Assembly: GCF_009914755.1 (NCBI RefSeq)
Contig: NC_060931.1
From: the human T2T-CHM13v2.0 reference genome, Homo sapiens
Length of the DNA: 64,000 nt
Reading direction: 5' to 3' (one strand)
Shown: positions 52,902-64,000 of the stretch, in pieces
Layout of the letters: each line of letters begins with the position of its first letter
Numbering within the stretch: the stretch's first letter is position 1
Program-made: the position numbers and the translations under genes
Notes under the pieces: generated by a model
What the model saw: the letters and a program-made list of their open reading frames with translations, nothing else
Told to the model about the DNA's origin: nothing
Databases searched by the model: none

Positions 52902-53486
52902 TGAGAGGTGAAGCCGGCTGGGCTTCTGGGTCGGATAGGGACTTCAAGAACTCTTCTGTCTAGCTAAAGAATTGTAAACGCAGCAGTCAGCCCTCTGTAA
53001 AAACGCACCAATCAGCACTCTGTGTCTAGCTAAAGGTTTGTAAATGCACCAATCAGCACTCTGTAAAAGCAGACCAATCAGCACTCTGTAAAATGGACCA
53101 ATCAGCAGGAAGTGGGCGGGACCAAATAAGGGAATAAAAGCTTGCCACCAGAGCACGTGTGGCAATCCGCTGGGGTCACCCTCCATGTTGTGGAAGCTTT
53201 ATTCTTTTGCTCTTCGCAATAAATCTTGCTGCTGCTCACCCTTTGGGTCCACACTACCTTTATGAGCTGTAACACTCACCACAAAGGTCTGCAGCTTCAC
53301 TCCTGAAGCCAGCAAGACCACAAACCCACCAGAAGGAAGGAACTCTGGACACATCTGAACATCTGAAGGAACAAACTCTGGACAGGCCATCTCTAAGAAC
53401 TGTAACACTCACCACAAGGGTCTGTGGCTTCATTCTTAAAGTCAGCAAGACCAAGAACCCACCAGAAGGAACCAATTCCGGACACA
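52902..53486 (+). mobile_element. Solo LTR12 (HERV9 LTR, short LTR12F-like)
   Basis: TGAGAGGTGAAGCC...TCCGGACACA; 4-bp TSD GTAG; CCAATCAGC repeats; U5 repeats. Confidence 0.95.
53008..53139 (+). promoter_or_regulatory. LTR12 U3 promoter motifs
   Basis: CCAAT at 53008, 53049, 53074 and 53098; GC box GGGCGG 53114-53119; TATA-like AATAAAA 53133-53139. Confidence 0.6.
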
Positions 53487-53695
53487 GTAGCATTGGGAAT
53501 TATGTTTCCAACATGCACACCTTTGGGGGACACATTCAAACCATAGCACTACCATTCTATAGTTTTCCCTGAAGCCATTACATCGCTTCTGAAAACTATT
53601 ACTTCTATTTTTCTCTAGCAGTGCCCAGGCCCACTTTGTTTGCTAGTCATCTTTCTAGGTTAAAAACCTGGTGCATCCAAGGGACTGTGGGTGCA

Positions 53696-54000
<305 letters not shown>

Positions 54001-54934
54001 TGTGGGTGCATTTATTTTCCTCAACTGCGCTACCCACATTCTCCATTCCCTTGTGTAGCAGGTCAGCTTCTGAATCCATCCCTCTTCCCACTCTGTGTGA
54101 TCTCTGCTCCCTTCATGGAGACCATTAGTTTACTGGTACAAACTTTACTCTTGGTGGCTTCTGTGGAAAATGAAAAGTATGATTCGCCATACAGGAATGG
54201 GAGTTTTTGCATCAGATGGAAGATGGAACTGACACACCTTGAGGTTGTTTTCTCAAATGGGTTCCCTCCTCTGAGCTGAAGAGTCATCAGAGGGGATCAG
54301 GTGAGGTGACCTATGAGGAAAGTGCTTTGCCAAGGTGTGGTAAGTCATTGTTGCTACCGCATGAGGGGTGGGGAGCAATGCTTGAAGGGGATCCTGTAGG
54401 GACAGGGGAGGGAGAGAACGGGAACTCTACCACCTTTCCAGTACCATCAGAAGGAAAGGACGGGCAGAGTGGTGAGGGTCTGAGGGGAAAGGATTTGCAA
54501 AGGGATTTCAGTGTTCAAAGGCAGGGATGCCGACCAAGCTTTTTAAGGTTACAAAGAAGAGAGATAGTCAGGCTTTTCTAATCAGCAGGGTCCTATTGTG
54601 ACGAGTGGGTAGAAATGAGGAAGATGAGAATCCAACCACACAGGATTTTCAATATTGAAACCAGAAACATTCTGGACAAAATAGGGTAGTTGGTCACCCA
54701 CCCAAGAGTCTGGCAGGAGCCTAGGAGTAGCAGCTGCTACCGGGACAAGGAGACATGATTTAGGAACCTGAAGAGTTTTCTGGATACACTGATTGAGGTT
54801 ATCTGGTCACCCTCCTTCTGGCCAGTTTCACTGACAAAATAGCGTATACATATAAACTTACACACATACATATATGCATATACACATACATACATAAAAA
54901 ACATATATGTATTTATATGTATTCCATTGATAAG

Positions 54935-55150
54935 CAGTGGGGTATAATGATAAGAGTTTGGACTCCAGAGCCAGATTACTTGGGTTTATAGCTCAGCCTT
55001 CCCACTTCCTGTCTGTGTTACCTTGGGCAAATTAATTAACCTCTCTGTTCCTCATCAGAAGGTTATTGTGAACTTGGAAGTGAGTTACTATACGTAAAAT
55101 GCACTTGGAATAGTGACTGACACATAATACACACTTCAATTTCAGCTATT
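54935..55150 (+). mobile_element. MIR
   Basis: CTCCAGAGCCAGATTACTTGGGTT...CCTTGGGCAAATTAATTAACCTCTCTG. Confidence 0.85.
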
Positions 55151-58100
55151 AGAATTACTGGTTCCTTTGTCATGCCCTTCCATTATATTGGACCAGCAGA
55201 TCTCTGTGCCTCCACTTTTCCCTGTGCCTCTCAGCCTCTCTCTGCCCTTGCTCTCGACAGTCAACTCTTCAGATCAAATTCCTATCGAGTTAATCATCAC
55301 CATCTCTGCTGGGCAGAGCTTTGGCACCAAACCTCACCTCAACGAGGCAGCTGCTTAGTTCATAGATTGGGCATACTTTTTGCCCAATCAGCACTGTTAA
55401 TAATAATTGAAACTTATAAAGCATGCTAGCAAGAGTAGCAGAGTCAGGAGTTACCAGATGGGTGGCCTCAAGTTTTCTACAATGAACCCGTATGGCATTA
55501 CATTTGGAATTAAGGAAAAGGTTATTTTAAAAATAGACTATTTTAAAAATAGTGTGGGTAGACCATGACCCTGCCTATTATGAAAGCCCATGGCCCCAGA
55601 GACTGCACTAATCATTTATTCTGGCCAATGTCCTGGTGCAGAAGTGACCGCCCATTGATTGAGGACAACCTCCTGGTTTTCAGTTAGCTAAGAGCTAATC
55701 TAGGGCTCCTGGATCTTGCTGTCTCCCCTGGTGACTGTTGGTAGCTCCCACCCACTCTTCCACTGTGGCCTCCAGTATCCGGCATTATAACCATTTACAG
55801 GCTTCTCATCTTCAAGAGGGAATTAGCTTCTCAAATACAAAAGCCAGTTCATCTTCCTATTCATGGTGCACAGAACAGCACCTGGCATGACGGAGGCACG
55901 TGATACCTATGTGCTCAGCAAATAGCCACACCCAGGGAGGCCAGGAGGAATTTTTCATTGCGGGGTTTCTGAAACCTCCCATTCACTCATTCATTCATTG
56001 TTATTCATTCAAAAGTTATACTTTATGTCCACTCGTGACCATACAAAAGAGTCTTAGACTTTGTTTGCAAGGATTTTATTGTCTATATGCCTGGAAATGT
56101 AACTCAAAAAGAAAAAAATTAAAACTCAACTAATTACCCTCCTTATCCCCTACCCCTGAGAACCCATATCTAACTGCAGATTTGATAGCAAATCTACAAA
56201 GTTGAGACTTCAAAGTAAAAGCAGCAAAATGAGTCTGCTTATATCTTCACTGAGACTCAGAAAAATTACCCACTGCAATTCAGAGGCGGCCACGGAAAGG
56301 AGCTGTAGTGGTTGGGGGTGGGTGAGAAGGGGCAGAGATGCTGAAACTCAAGAGGAGTTTTGGCTTGGTAATACAGACCCATGGGCCACTCAAAACCCAC
56401 TAGGAGTTTAACTGGCACTAAAATCTGGTTGGCAAAGGCCAACTTTTAGCTCTGCCATTTAATTAGAGCAGAATTCCCCTAGTAAGTGAGGGAAATCGAT
56501 ACTTTTTCACCTAACTGCTTGTCCATTGAAATTACTGTGCTAAGAAAAGCAAGAAACTATTAACAAAACGAAAGAAAAATGTGGCATTGCCCTTGTCAAG
56601 CTTTTGACCCAAATATTTACACCGCATTTTATATTTTTTTTACTTCCATTATTCTGAGAGGGATTTTGTAGTTTTTCTGACATATGCCAAAGCAGGTTTT
56701 TACATTTTGCAAGTATGCAAATAGCAAATGGAATAAGAAATTCATGCAGATGCTTTCCCAGATTTTCAAATGCAGAACATCGTGTTATGCTGGTTCCAGA
56801 AGTTATAATTGCACTTAAAAGTCCTGCCTTGGTGTGGCATTCAGGGACTTTAGGGACTGCACACTAATTCATGTCTGACTTTGTAATCAACCCTATTCAT
56901 AAGAACTGGCTTATAGGAAACACATTTCTTCTTCAGAAGGAGAAGCGGTGATTAATGACAACTTCAAGAGTGCCTTGTGGGCCCTGTAAATAGATGGCGC
57001 TCTAGCAATAGGCTGGAATTTCTGCCCCCGTCCCAAATTCCCACTCTTGCTTCCTGAGAACCCCTTCCCGCTATTACTGTGCAGAAGACAATATCTCCTG
57101 TGGGTCAGCATCTTTTGTCCCTGACTCCCTCTCTCCTTCTCTCCCTGGAATCTCTTAGTAATCTATCCCAAGTGGCAAACTTTCAGGAATGCCCGCCCTT
57201 AGGAGTCTTACAAAATGTGTAAAGTTGTATCATTCCTTTCTTCTTAGAAATAAAGGAAAGCTCTTTATAGAACTGGAAACATTTCCTTTTAAACAAAAGC
57301 AATCAAGTACTCCCTAGGGCTGGGCCTGAGAGATTCATTCCTCATCCTCCTGAGACCAAAATGGTGAAAGACGTGAGTGTCTCCCCTTCAAAGAGTTCTC
57401 AGAGCCTTGTGCTCGAAGGACACTCCCTCCAGAATGTCTGCACACAACAAGACAGACAGTAGCTCCAGCTCCCCTGTCATTCTGGTTAATCTAGGACATC
57501 TGGCCACCCCATGTGAGGACCCGGATTCTGTGTGCCCTCCAGGATAAGCAAGAGGCCCTGTCCTATGTGTGAAAGCTCTGGCTGCCATGGAAATAAAGCC
57601 AATTAGAAAAGACGAACGTGATAAGGCTCGCTCATGGGCTGTGCTCGCTTTAGAAAGTCATTACAGGCAACCGAATTAGCTTCAGTCTTTATAAAATAAT
57701 TTTCAAGACAAGCATGCATTCAAACTAAACTTTTTGGTGTTTCTTTCCTGCTTTATTATTATTTTTTAATCTAGCAGCTCTTGACAACCTGTTGTGTTGA
57801 TTTACAATCCTTGCAGCAGTATTTTGGAAAGGCAAAACATGTTCCCTGGAATCCCTGGAGAAAGCGGTGGGCTCCAGGAATCATCACCGTTACATTTCGT
57901 CCCAGTGGCCATGGGGACCTTATCAACTCACTGCCTAGGGTGGTCATTTTAAAAGATTGTAACCTGGGAGATAGAAGACCTGGATTCTCCCTCTTCTCCA
58001 CATTCACTAGCTCTGCCATTTTAAGTAAGTTGCTTAACTTCTCATTTTCCTTAAACTTAAAATAAAATCATAGAAAATTTAGAAACAAAAAGGGACCTTG

Positions 58101-59149
58101 TTGGAGGAGGGAAGTAAACTAGTTTAGCTTCAGTTACTTCATTTTACAGATGAAAAAACTAATACCTGCCTTATCTCACTCCCATGCTGGCTGAAAAAAA
58201 TCAACTGAAATTTCAGCATGCTTAAAAAGTTTGAGGTTGTACAAACTGTTGTACAAATGAAGGAGATAATAATTACTATTATTCACAATTTAAAGTAGAA
58301 AATATTTCACATACATATCGCTAAATAATATTGTTTTTTATCATCATTAGTAATTCCCACATTTAGCTAGATGTGAATACTTTTATTGCCCCTGAATTTC
58401 CAAAAGTTTGACAAAGGGAAGATTTTCTTTTCTCTCTGCTCAGTAAAATTGTTACATATTCTCTCAAACAAACACAGAATTTTCTAATCAGTGCTCTAAA
58501 CTTATACAGAGGATTACTTCCAAAGCTTTCAAATCACTCAAGTCACAGACTTCCTACTATGCACTTAAGTGAAAAATAATCACATCTATTGTTATTTTAT
58601 ATTTATTTGTAATTTGGCTTTGCAGTGCACATTGGTCTTACATACCTCCTGAAGCTAAATCTTCACCTCTCAGTATGGTTATTTGCTTTGGGCCATAATT
58701 TAGCCTGGATTCCCTCGAAAGCCGAGACAAAAGCTTGTATGAGAATAGTTTCATTGAGAATGTGATCCTACGGAGCAGAAATAAGGGACTGAGGTGTGTA
58801 ATGGCGAGCAGGAAAAGCCAATTCAGCAATACAGGATCAAGTTGGCCACATCCAGAGGCTGGTGCTCTGTCTCAGATGACCTTCAAAAGAAGCCTTATCA
58901 ATGTGTGTCCAAGGACAAAAGGGGAAAATGTGTAACCATTGGATCCCTGAACTTCACAGAGCTATGCAGGCATGAGTACAGGGTAAGATCTTGCAGGTAC
59001 CCTTACCAGAGGGTCAGCAAAAATCTGTGGCAGAAGCAAGAAGGACATGGCTCAGGTGAGGTGAAGCACCATCAGACTGCACCTGAACAAAGCTGTTTGA
59101 AGCTTGCACAAAATAAGTCACTGCAGCAGTGGCTGGAGTAAGAAGCAGG

Positions 59150-59410
59150 GCTGGAGGCCCAATGGGGAGGATTGCTGAGACCAAGAGTTCAAGACTTGCC
59201 TAGGCAATATAGCAAGATCCTATCTCTACAACAAATTTTTGTTTAAAAATTAGCCAGATGCGATGGTGTGCACCGGTAATTCTAGCTACTTGGGAGGTTG
59301 AGGCGTGAGTGTCGCTTGAGTCCAGGAGTTCCAGGCTGCAGTGAGCTATGATGGCGCCACTGCATTCTAGCCTGGGCGACAGACTGAGACCTTGCCTTAA
59401 AAATATTTTT
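59150..59410 (+). mobile_element. AluJ, 5'-truncated
   Basis: GGAGGATTGC..CAGGAGTTCCAGGCTGCAGTGAGCTATGAT. Confidence 0.9.
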
Positions 59411-59427
59411 AAAAAGTAGGGGCAGGT

Positions 59428-59580
59428 CAGCTGCAGCGGCTCACATCTGTAATCCCAACACTTTGGGAGGCTGAGGCAGGAAGATCTCTTGAAGCCAGGA
59501 GTTCAAGACCAGCCTGGTCAACAAAGTGAGACCCTGTCTCTACGCGCACACACACACACACACACACACATACACACACA
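59428..59580 (+). mobile_element. FLAM/Alu left monomer with (CA)n tail
   Basis: GGCTCACATCTGTAATCCC...CCCTGTCTCTAC then (CA)n. Confidence 0.88.
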
Positions 59581-60092
59581 GAAGAAGGCAAAGTGAGGCC
59601 AAGAGGATTTAAGATGGTGAGCCCTTGTGGTATCTGATACAGGTTGAAATCCAGCCAACTTACACGTGGTAATTTTTCACTGAGAACTGGGCTCTGGAAA
59701 TCTTTGATTCATGTGTTGACAGAACTTCCCTTAATAATGCAAACAACACGAAGTTTAACACTGGTGCCCCTTGCACAACCTGAGACATAAGAAAAATTTG
59801 TATTCAGGCTTGGCCAATGGAGTGTTTTAGTGTAATTTTACGTGGAAGCATTTTAATAAACTTTTGCATAAGATACGTAAATTTCACTTAGGCATATCTC
59901 TGTGTCTCTGCGCACCAGAAGAAACTAGCCACATGGATATCTGGTGCAACACTGAGAAATCAAGCCATTTGTACACAGCTTCATGTAATTAAAATTTGAA
60001 GCATCTCCAAGTTTTGGGGCTGAGCTAATTAGGCAGGCATAGGGTAGAGGTGAGTAGACAATGAGAATGATTTACTTGAGGAAGTTCCTAGG

Positions 60093-60278
60093 CAGTAATT
60101 CTCAATGTGTAGACCTTGACCAGAAACCTCTCCATCACCTGAGAACTTACTCAAAATGCAAATTCTCAGTCCCATTGAGATATACTGAGTCAAAAGCTCT
60201 CAGGGTACAGTAGAGCTATTTGCATTTTAACAAGTCTTCCAGGTAATGCTGATGCTTGTTAATGTGTGAGAACCATAG
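60093..60278. mobile_element. MER5A, near full length
   Basis: Degenerate TIRs CAGTAATTCTCA / TGAGAACCA; CTAGG-containing flanks on both sides. Confidence 0.85.
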
Positions 60279-60909
60279 TACTAGGTGAATCTCTTCCAGA
60301 GCAGTGGTCTGACTCAGGCGGTAGAACAATCAATAGGGTGGCAAATCAGTTGGTCAGATATGTACTGGACTGGTACATATTTTTTAAGCACTTACTAAGA
60401 GCCAGTTACCATTGAGGGTTCTGAAGATGCAAAGATGAACAAATCACACAGCCTCTGATCCCAGGGAGCTTTCTAGTGAAAGAGACAAAGAAATAGACCA
60501 AGCATGATAATAAACTAGCAAGAGGAACACCTAAATTCCTCTTGGACCCCAATCCAAACTCAGAGAGGGAGTCAGAAAAGAAGTTATTTCTAAATTAAAC
60601 TGTGAAAAACCAAAGGTGTGTTGGAGTGGGATAGGAGGACACTTCCAGTAGACAAGACAAGTCTTTCAGAGTCCTAGGGGAAAACTGAGCCATCTTAGTC
60701 AAGGGCTGCAGGAAGTTAAAATGTCTGAAATGCAAGGTACAGGAAGGAGATAGGGAGAGAAAAGGTTGGAAACATATAAATAAATAGATCATAAATTGTT
60801 TAATATGCAGAGACACTTCGGTTTTATTGCTAAGGCCTCCTCCTGACCCTGGACAAAAATTGGCATGCACCCAAGAACTCAGTCCAGCTTGGTTGGTTTT
60901 AAATGCCAA

Positions 60910-61200
60910 CCAAGGGCTGGTGACCCCAAATCCACCTATCCAAACCTGCCTCTTTCTCAGATTTCCATACTGGCATCTCTACTTGAATGTCTAAAAGACA
61001 TGTCAAACCTAACTCGACAAAAGTTGATTTTTCCCCCCTCAATCTTGTGTCATTCAATGTTTTCTTAACTCAGCAAATGGCAATCATATCTACCTAGTTT
61101 TTCAGCCCCAAATCTAGAACATATCCAAGAGTTCTGATTTTTCTCATCACCTACATTCAAGCCACAACTATATCCAGTCAACTCAGCAAGATTTGTTGGC
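60910..61200 (+). mobile_element. L2 fragment
   Basis: GGCATCTCTACTTGAATGTCTAA...AATGGCAATCATATCTACCTAGT. Confidence 0.65.
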
Positions 61201-61249
61201 TCTACCTTTTAAAAGTGTGTGGAAACATTTTCCACTTCTTTCTAGTCCT

Positions 61250-61625
61250 TCTATGTACTTCCTTCTTGATGGCAAAATGGCTCCTCAGCAGCTTGAAGCC
61301 CATATTATGGCCAATTCTCTCAGCATCTCTAAATCTTTCCCACAGAAGCCCCATGTTAGGTTTGATTTGCTTTGACTGCGTTTATCTTCATCCATGAACC
61401 AATGACTATGGCCAGTGGGATAAACACTGTGTTTAATACTGGGTTATAAGCCCAACTTTGCAGCCAGGGATGGAGATAGTCTCATTCAAACCACATAGGG
61501 GTTAGGGGTGGAAGGGGCTGTGGAGAGAGCAGTGAGGAAGGAGGGTGGTGGGGGTAGATAGTCCCCTGAGGAAATGCGAAGTGTCACCAAAAGGAGGGTA
61601 ATGGATACTGGGCAAGCAGACAAGA
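61250..61625 (-). mobile_element. MLT1-family LTR fragment (old)
   Basis: TGAACCAATGACTATGGCCAG...ATGGATACTGGGCAAGCA. Confidence 0.6.
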
Positions 61626-62040
61626 GATTTTCACTAGAGTGGCAAACCAGGAAACCACTGAATGATGAAAAGTAAAGGAGTTTCTTTTTGAAATGTACTT
61701 GAATATCATTTTTTCTGTAAGTACTGACATTTCATTACCAAGAGTTTAAATTTAAATCAAAATCATTTTACATGCCCTGGGCACTCCTGCAACAGCATTA
61801 TAATAAGTGCTTGGCTGTCTGTGATACTGGGCTCAATAATACAATACCAGCGGCTGTGATTTCCACCTTCTAGCAAAATCCAAGTCTCATGCAAACTTTA
61901 AGTATCTGAACACTGGTCAAGCTCATACACTAGAATGAAGGATTGATTTTTTTATTCAACACTTGAACATACAGGGCATATATGGTATAAAATGACCGTA
62001 CAGGACATATATAATGATAATTTTATTTAAAAATTAAAAT

Positions 62041-62250
62041 CAACATGGAAAGACCCCGTGTCTACCAAAAATGCAAAAATTAGCTGAGTGTGATAGTGTG
62101 CGCCTGTCAACTCAGCTACTCAAGAGGCTGAGGTGGGAGGATCGCTTGAGCCCAGGAGGCAGAGGTTGCAGTGAGCTGAGATCACGCCACCACACTCCAA
62201 CCTGGGTGACAGAGTGAAACCCTGTCTCAAATAAATAAATAAATAAATAA
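62041..62250 (+). mobile_element. AluJb-like, 5'-truncated, (TAAA)n tail
   Basis: GGAGGATCGCTTGAGCCCAGGAGG. Confidence 0.9.
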
Positions 62251-62867
62251 AATTAACTGCCTTTAGCAGTTTGAGATGGGTGTGTTGATGGACTAAGGGC
62301 AAACTCAAAGACTTAAAATTATAATTCATACAGAAATTGGACCTAAACAGTAGAGAAATACAGATACATTTTGTTTTCTATTTAAAGATTTTGAAAGCCA
62401 TTAGGAAAAGATAATTATAATCCTGGCTTTGAGTAGGAATGTCAACAGGCAATGAATGTGTTCTTCTCTGAACAACCAACATGTATATCCACAGCTGCTT
62501 CTAAGTGCAAAGGCCTGGCACACTTCCTTTCCTTGTAAGCAGAAAAAGGAAGAAAAAAAAGAAAAAGTTATCTCCTCAAAGAACTTCCTTCTTTCTCCAT
62601 TACCTCCAACCTTGTCCTCCAAAAAAGAGATATTTTTTTATTTTGAGATGTCTTTTTCCTCTACTTGTTGGCATCATGAGATTTGCTCCCTGCTATTCTG
62701 ACCTGGCACCTTCTCCTCATTTTGGGGTGCCAGATGCAATTGGTAGGCAAACATATTCCACCTGAATGGTGAGAATTAACCTGGGGGTGGGGTGGGGAGT
62801 TGGGAAAGGGAAAACCTTATTTTAAGAAGTATCCATTTCTCTAAAAAAAAAAAAAAAAAAAAAAAAT

Positions 62868-63151
62868 GCCGGGCGTGGTGGCTCATGCCTGTAATCCTAG
62901 CACTTTGGGAGGCTGAGGCAGAGGGATCACGAGGTCAGGAGTTCGAGAGACCATCCTGGCTAACACGGTGAAACCCTGTCTCTATTAAAAACACAAAAAA
63001 TTAGCCCGGCGTAGTGGCGGGGCGCCTGTAGTCCCAGCTACTAGGGAGGCTGAGGCAGGAGAATGGCGTGAACCCAGGAGGCGGAGCTTGCACAATGAGC
63101 CGAGATCGCGCCACTGCACTCCAGCCTGGGTGACAGAGTGAGACTCCATCT

Positions 63152-63188
<37 letters not shown>
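62868..63188 (+). mobile_element. AluY with A36 tail
   Basis: Y diagnostics; preceded by A24 (62843-62866). Confidence 0.95.
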
Positions 63189-63191
<3 letters not shown>

Positions 63192-64000
63192 TGGTTGCTG
63201 TGTTCCCAACCTGAAAAAGTTTTTTGGGGAAAACTGAAAGGATACAGTTACCGACTGAGGAAAGAGTTAAAGGAAGACAATGGATATTCACTTCCCTGCT
63301 GATCTTTATCTGCCCAAAATGTGCAGAAACTGTAACTGTTTCTTTTGCTTCAATAATGGAAAAATGGTTATATTTATGCAAAAAAAGCTAAACCATCACA
63401 GTAAAAAACAGCACCTAAATGACTAAAGGCACAAACAAATCCAAAAGCAAACAAATTGATATCTCCCAACCGCAAAGTACTTATTACTGAAGCCCTTTGA
63501 CAGCTTTATTGGATTTTTCTACAAAGATCACAATAGTTAATGCTTGCAATTAGCTTTTGAAATTAACTTGGAGTGCCCTACACTTAGAAGTTGGCTTAGT
63601 AAGCTAGTATCATGTTTTTCTTTTTGTTGTCCCAACTCTGTTTGCCCTTGCCCTTGTTGAGATTGCTGCTTTCTTTTTCTTTTTCTTTCTAGAGGTTTCA
63701 AATACACTACTTTATGGTATCTCAGGGTCCCAGAATCCAAAACTCTGTAAAAAATTCTATTGACAGTGGAGTTCAACAGTGTAACAAGGACGTCAATATG
63801 AGGATGTTGTCTAGGATGCAGAAGAATTCCAATAGATAAATGCTTAAGCCTCTCTTTTGTCTTGTTTTGCTACTTTTCCAAGGCAAGATGCCTGGGCCCC
63901 TCTTTCACAAAAAGTGCAAGGAAAGCGGACTTGACCTTTGCAGACTGTCTTAAATTTTAGGCTCTGTTTGTCAGCTGCTAGAGACCTCACCAAAGCAGTG

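Larger units (their letters stand above)
52584..53548 (-). mobile_element. MST-type MaLR solo LTR, split by LTR12
   Basis: TG...CA termini; 5-bp TSD CTACC (52579-52583, 53549-53553). Confidence 0.9.
58697..59641 (-). mobile_element. LTR16-like ERVL LTR, interrupted by Alu elements
   Basis: CTGGATTCCC..GAGACAAAAGCTTG..TAGTTT..GTGATCC..GGAGCAG pattern; ends TCTGATACA. Confidence 0.5.

Noticed and set aside
56984-57003. CTCF-like TAGATGGCGCT
   Set aside because: Lacks the 5' CCAC/CCAG half of the motif.

Overview
This is primate (human-like, catarrhine) euchromatic DNA, AT-rich and CpG-depleted. It contains about 18 Alu copies or fragments, several L1s (including a near-full-length old L1MC nested in an older L1ME), L2, MIR, MER5, MaLR LTRs, a solo LTR12 and microsatellites. 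I see no intact protein-coding gene, CpG island, structural RNA gene or CRISPR array. The supplied ORFs are mostly repeat-derived or chance. The main unexplained signal is a heavily decayed multi-exon leucine-rich-repeat (LRR) gene on the minus strand at ~38.8-46.5 kb, found by hand-translating across stops and frameshifts. It has a signal-peptide/LRRNT-like exon, many typical LRRs and an LRRCT-like remnant, and its big exon is split by an L2/MaLR/Alu block, which suggests an ancient loss. Small phase-compatible exons at 35.8-38.5 kb may be its 3' part or belong to a separate gene. A candidate + strand exon lies at 24.0-24.5 kb. I could not identify the locus. Repeat subfamily calls come from remembered consensus features, and boundaries of old repeats are approximate.
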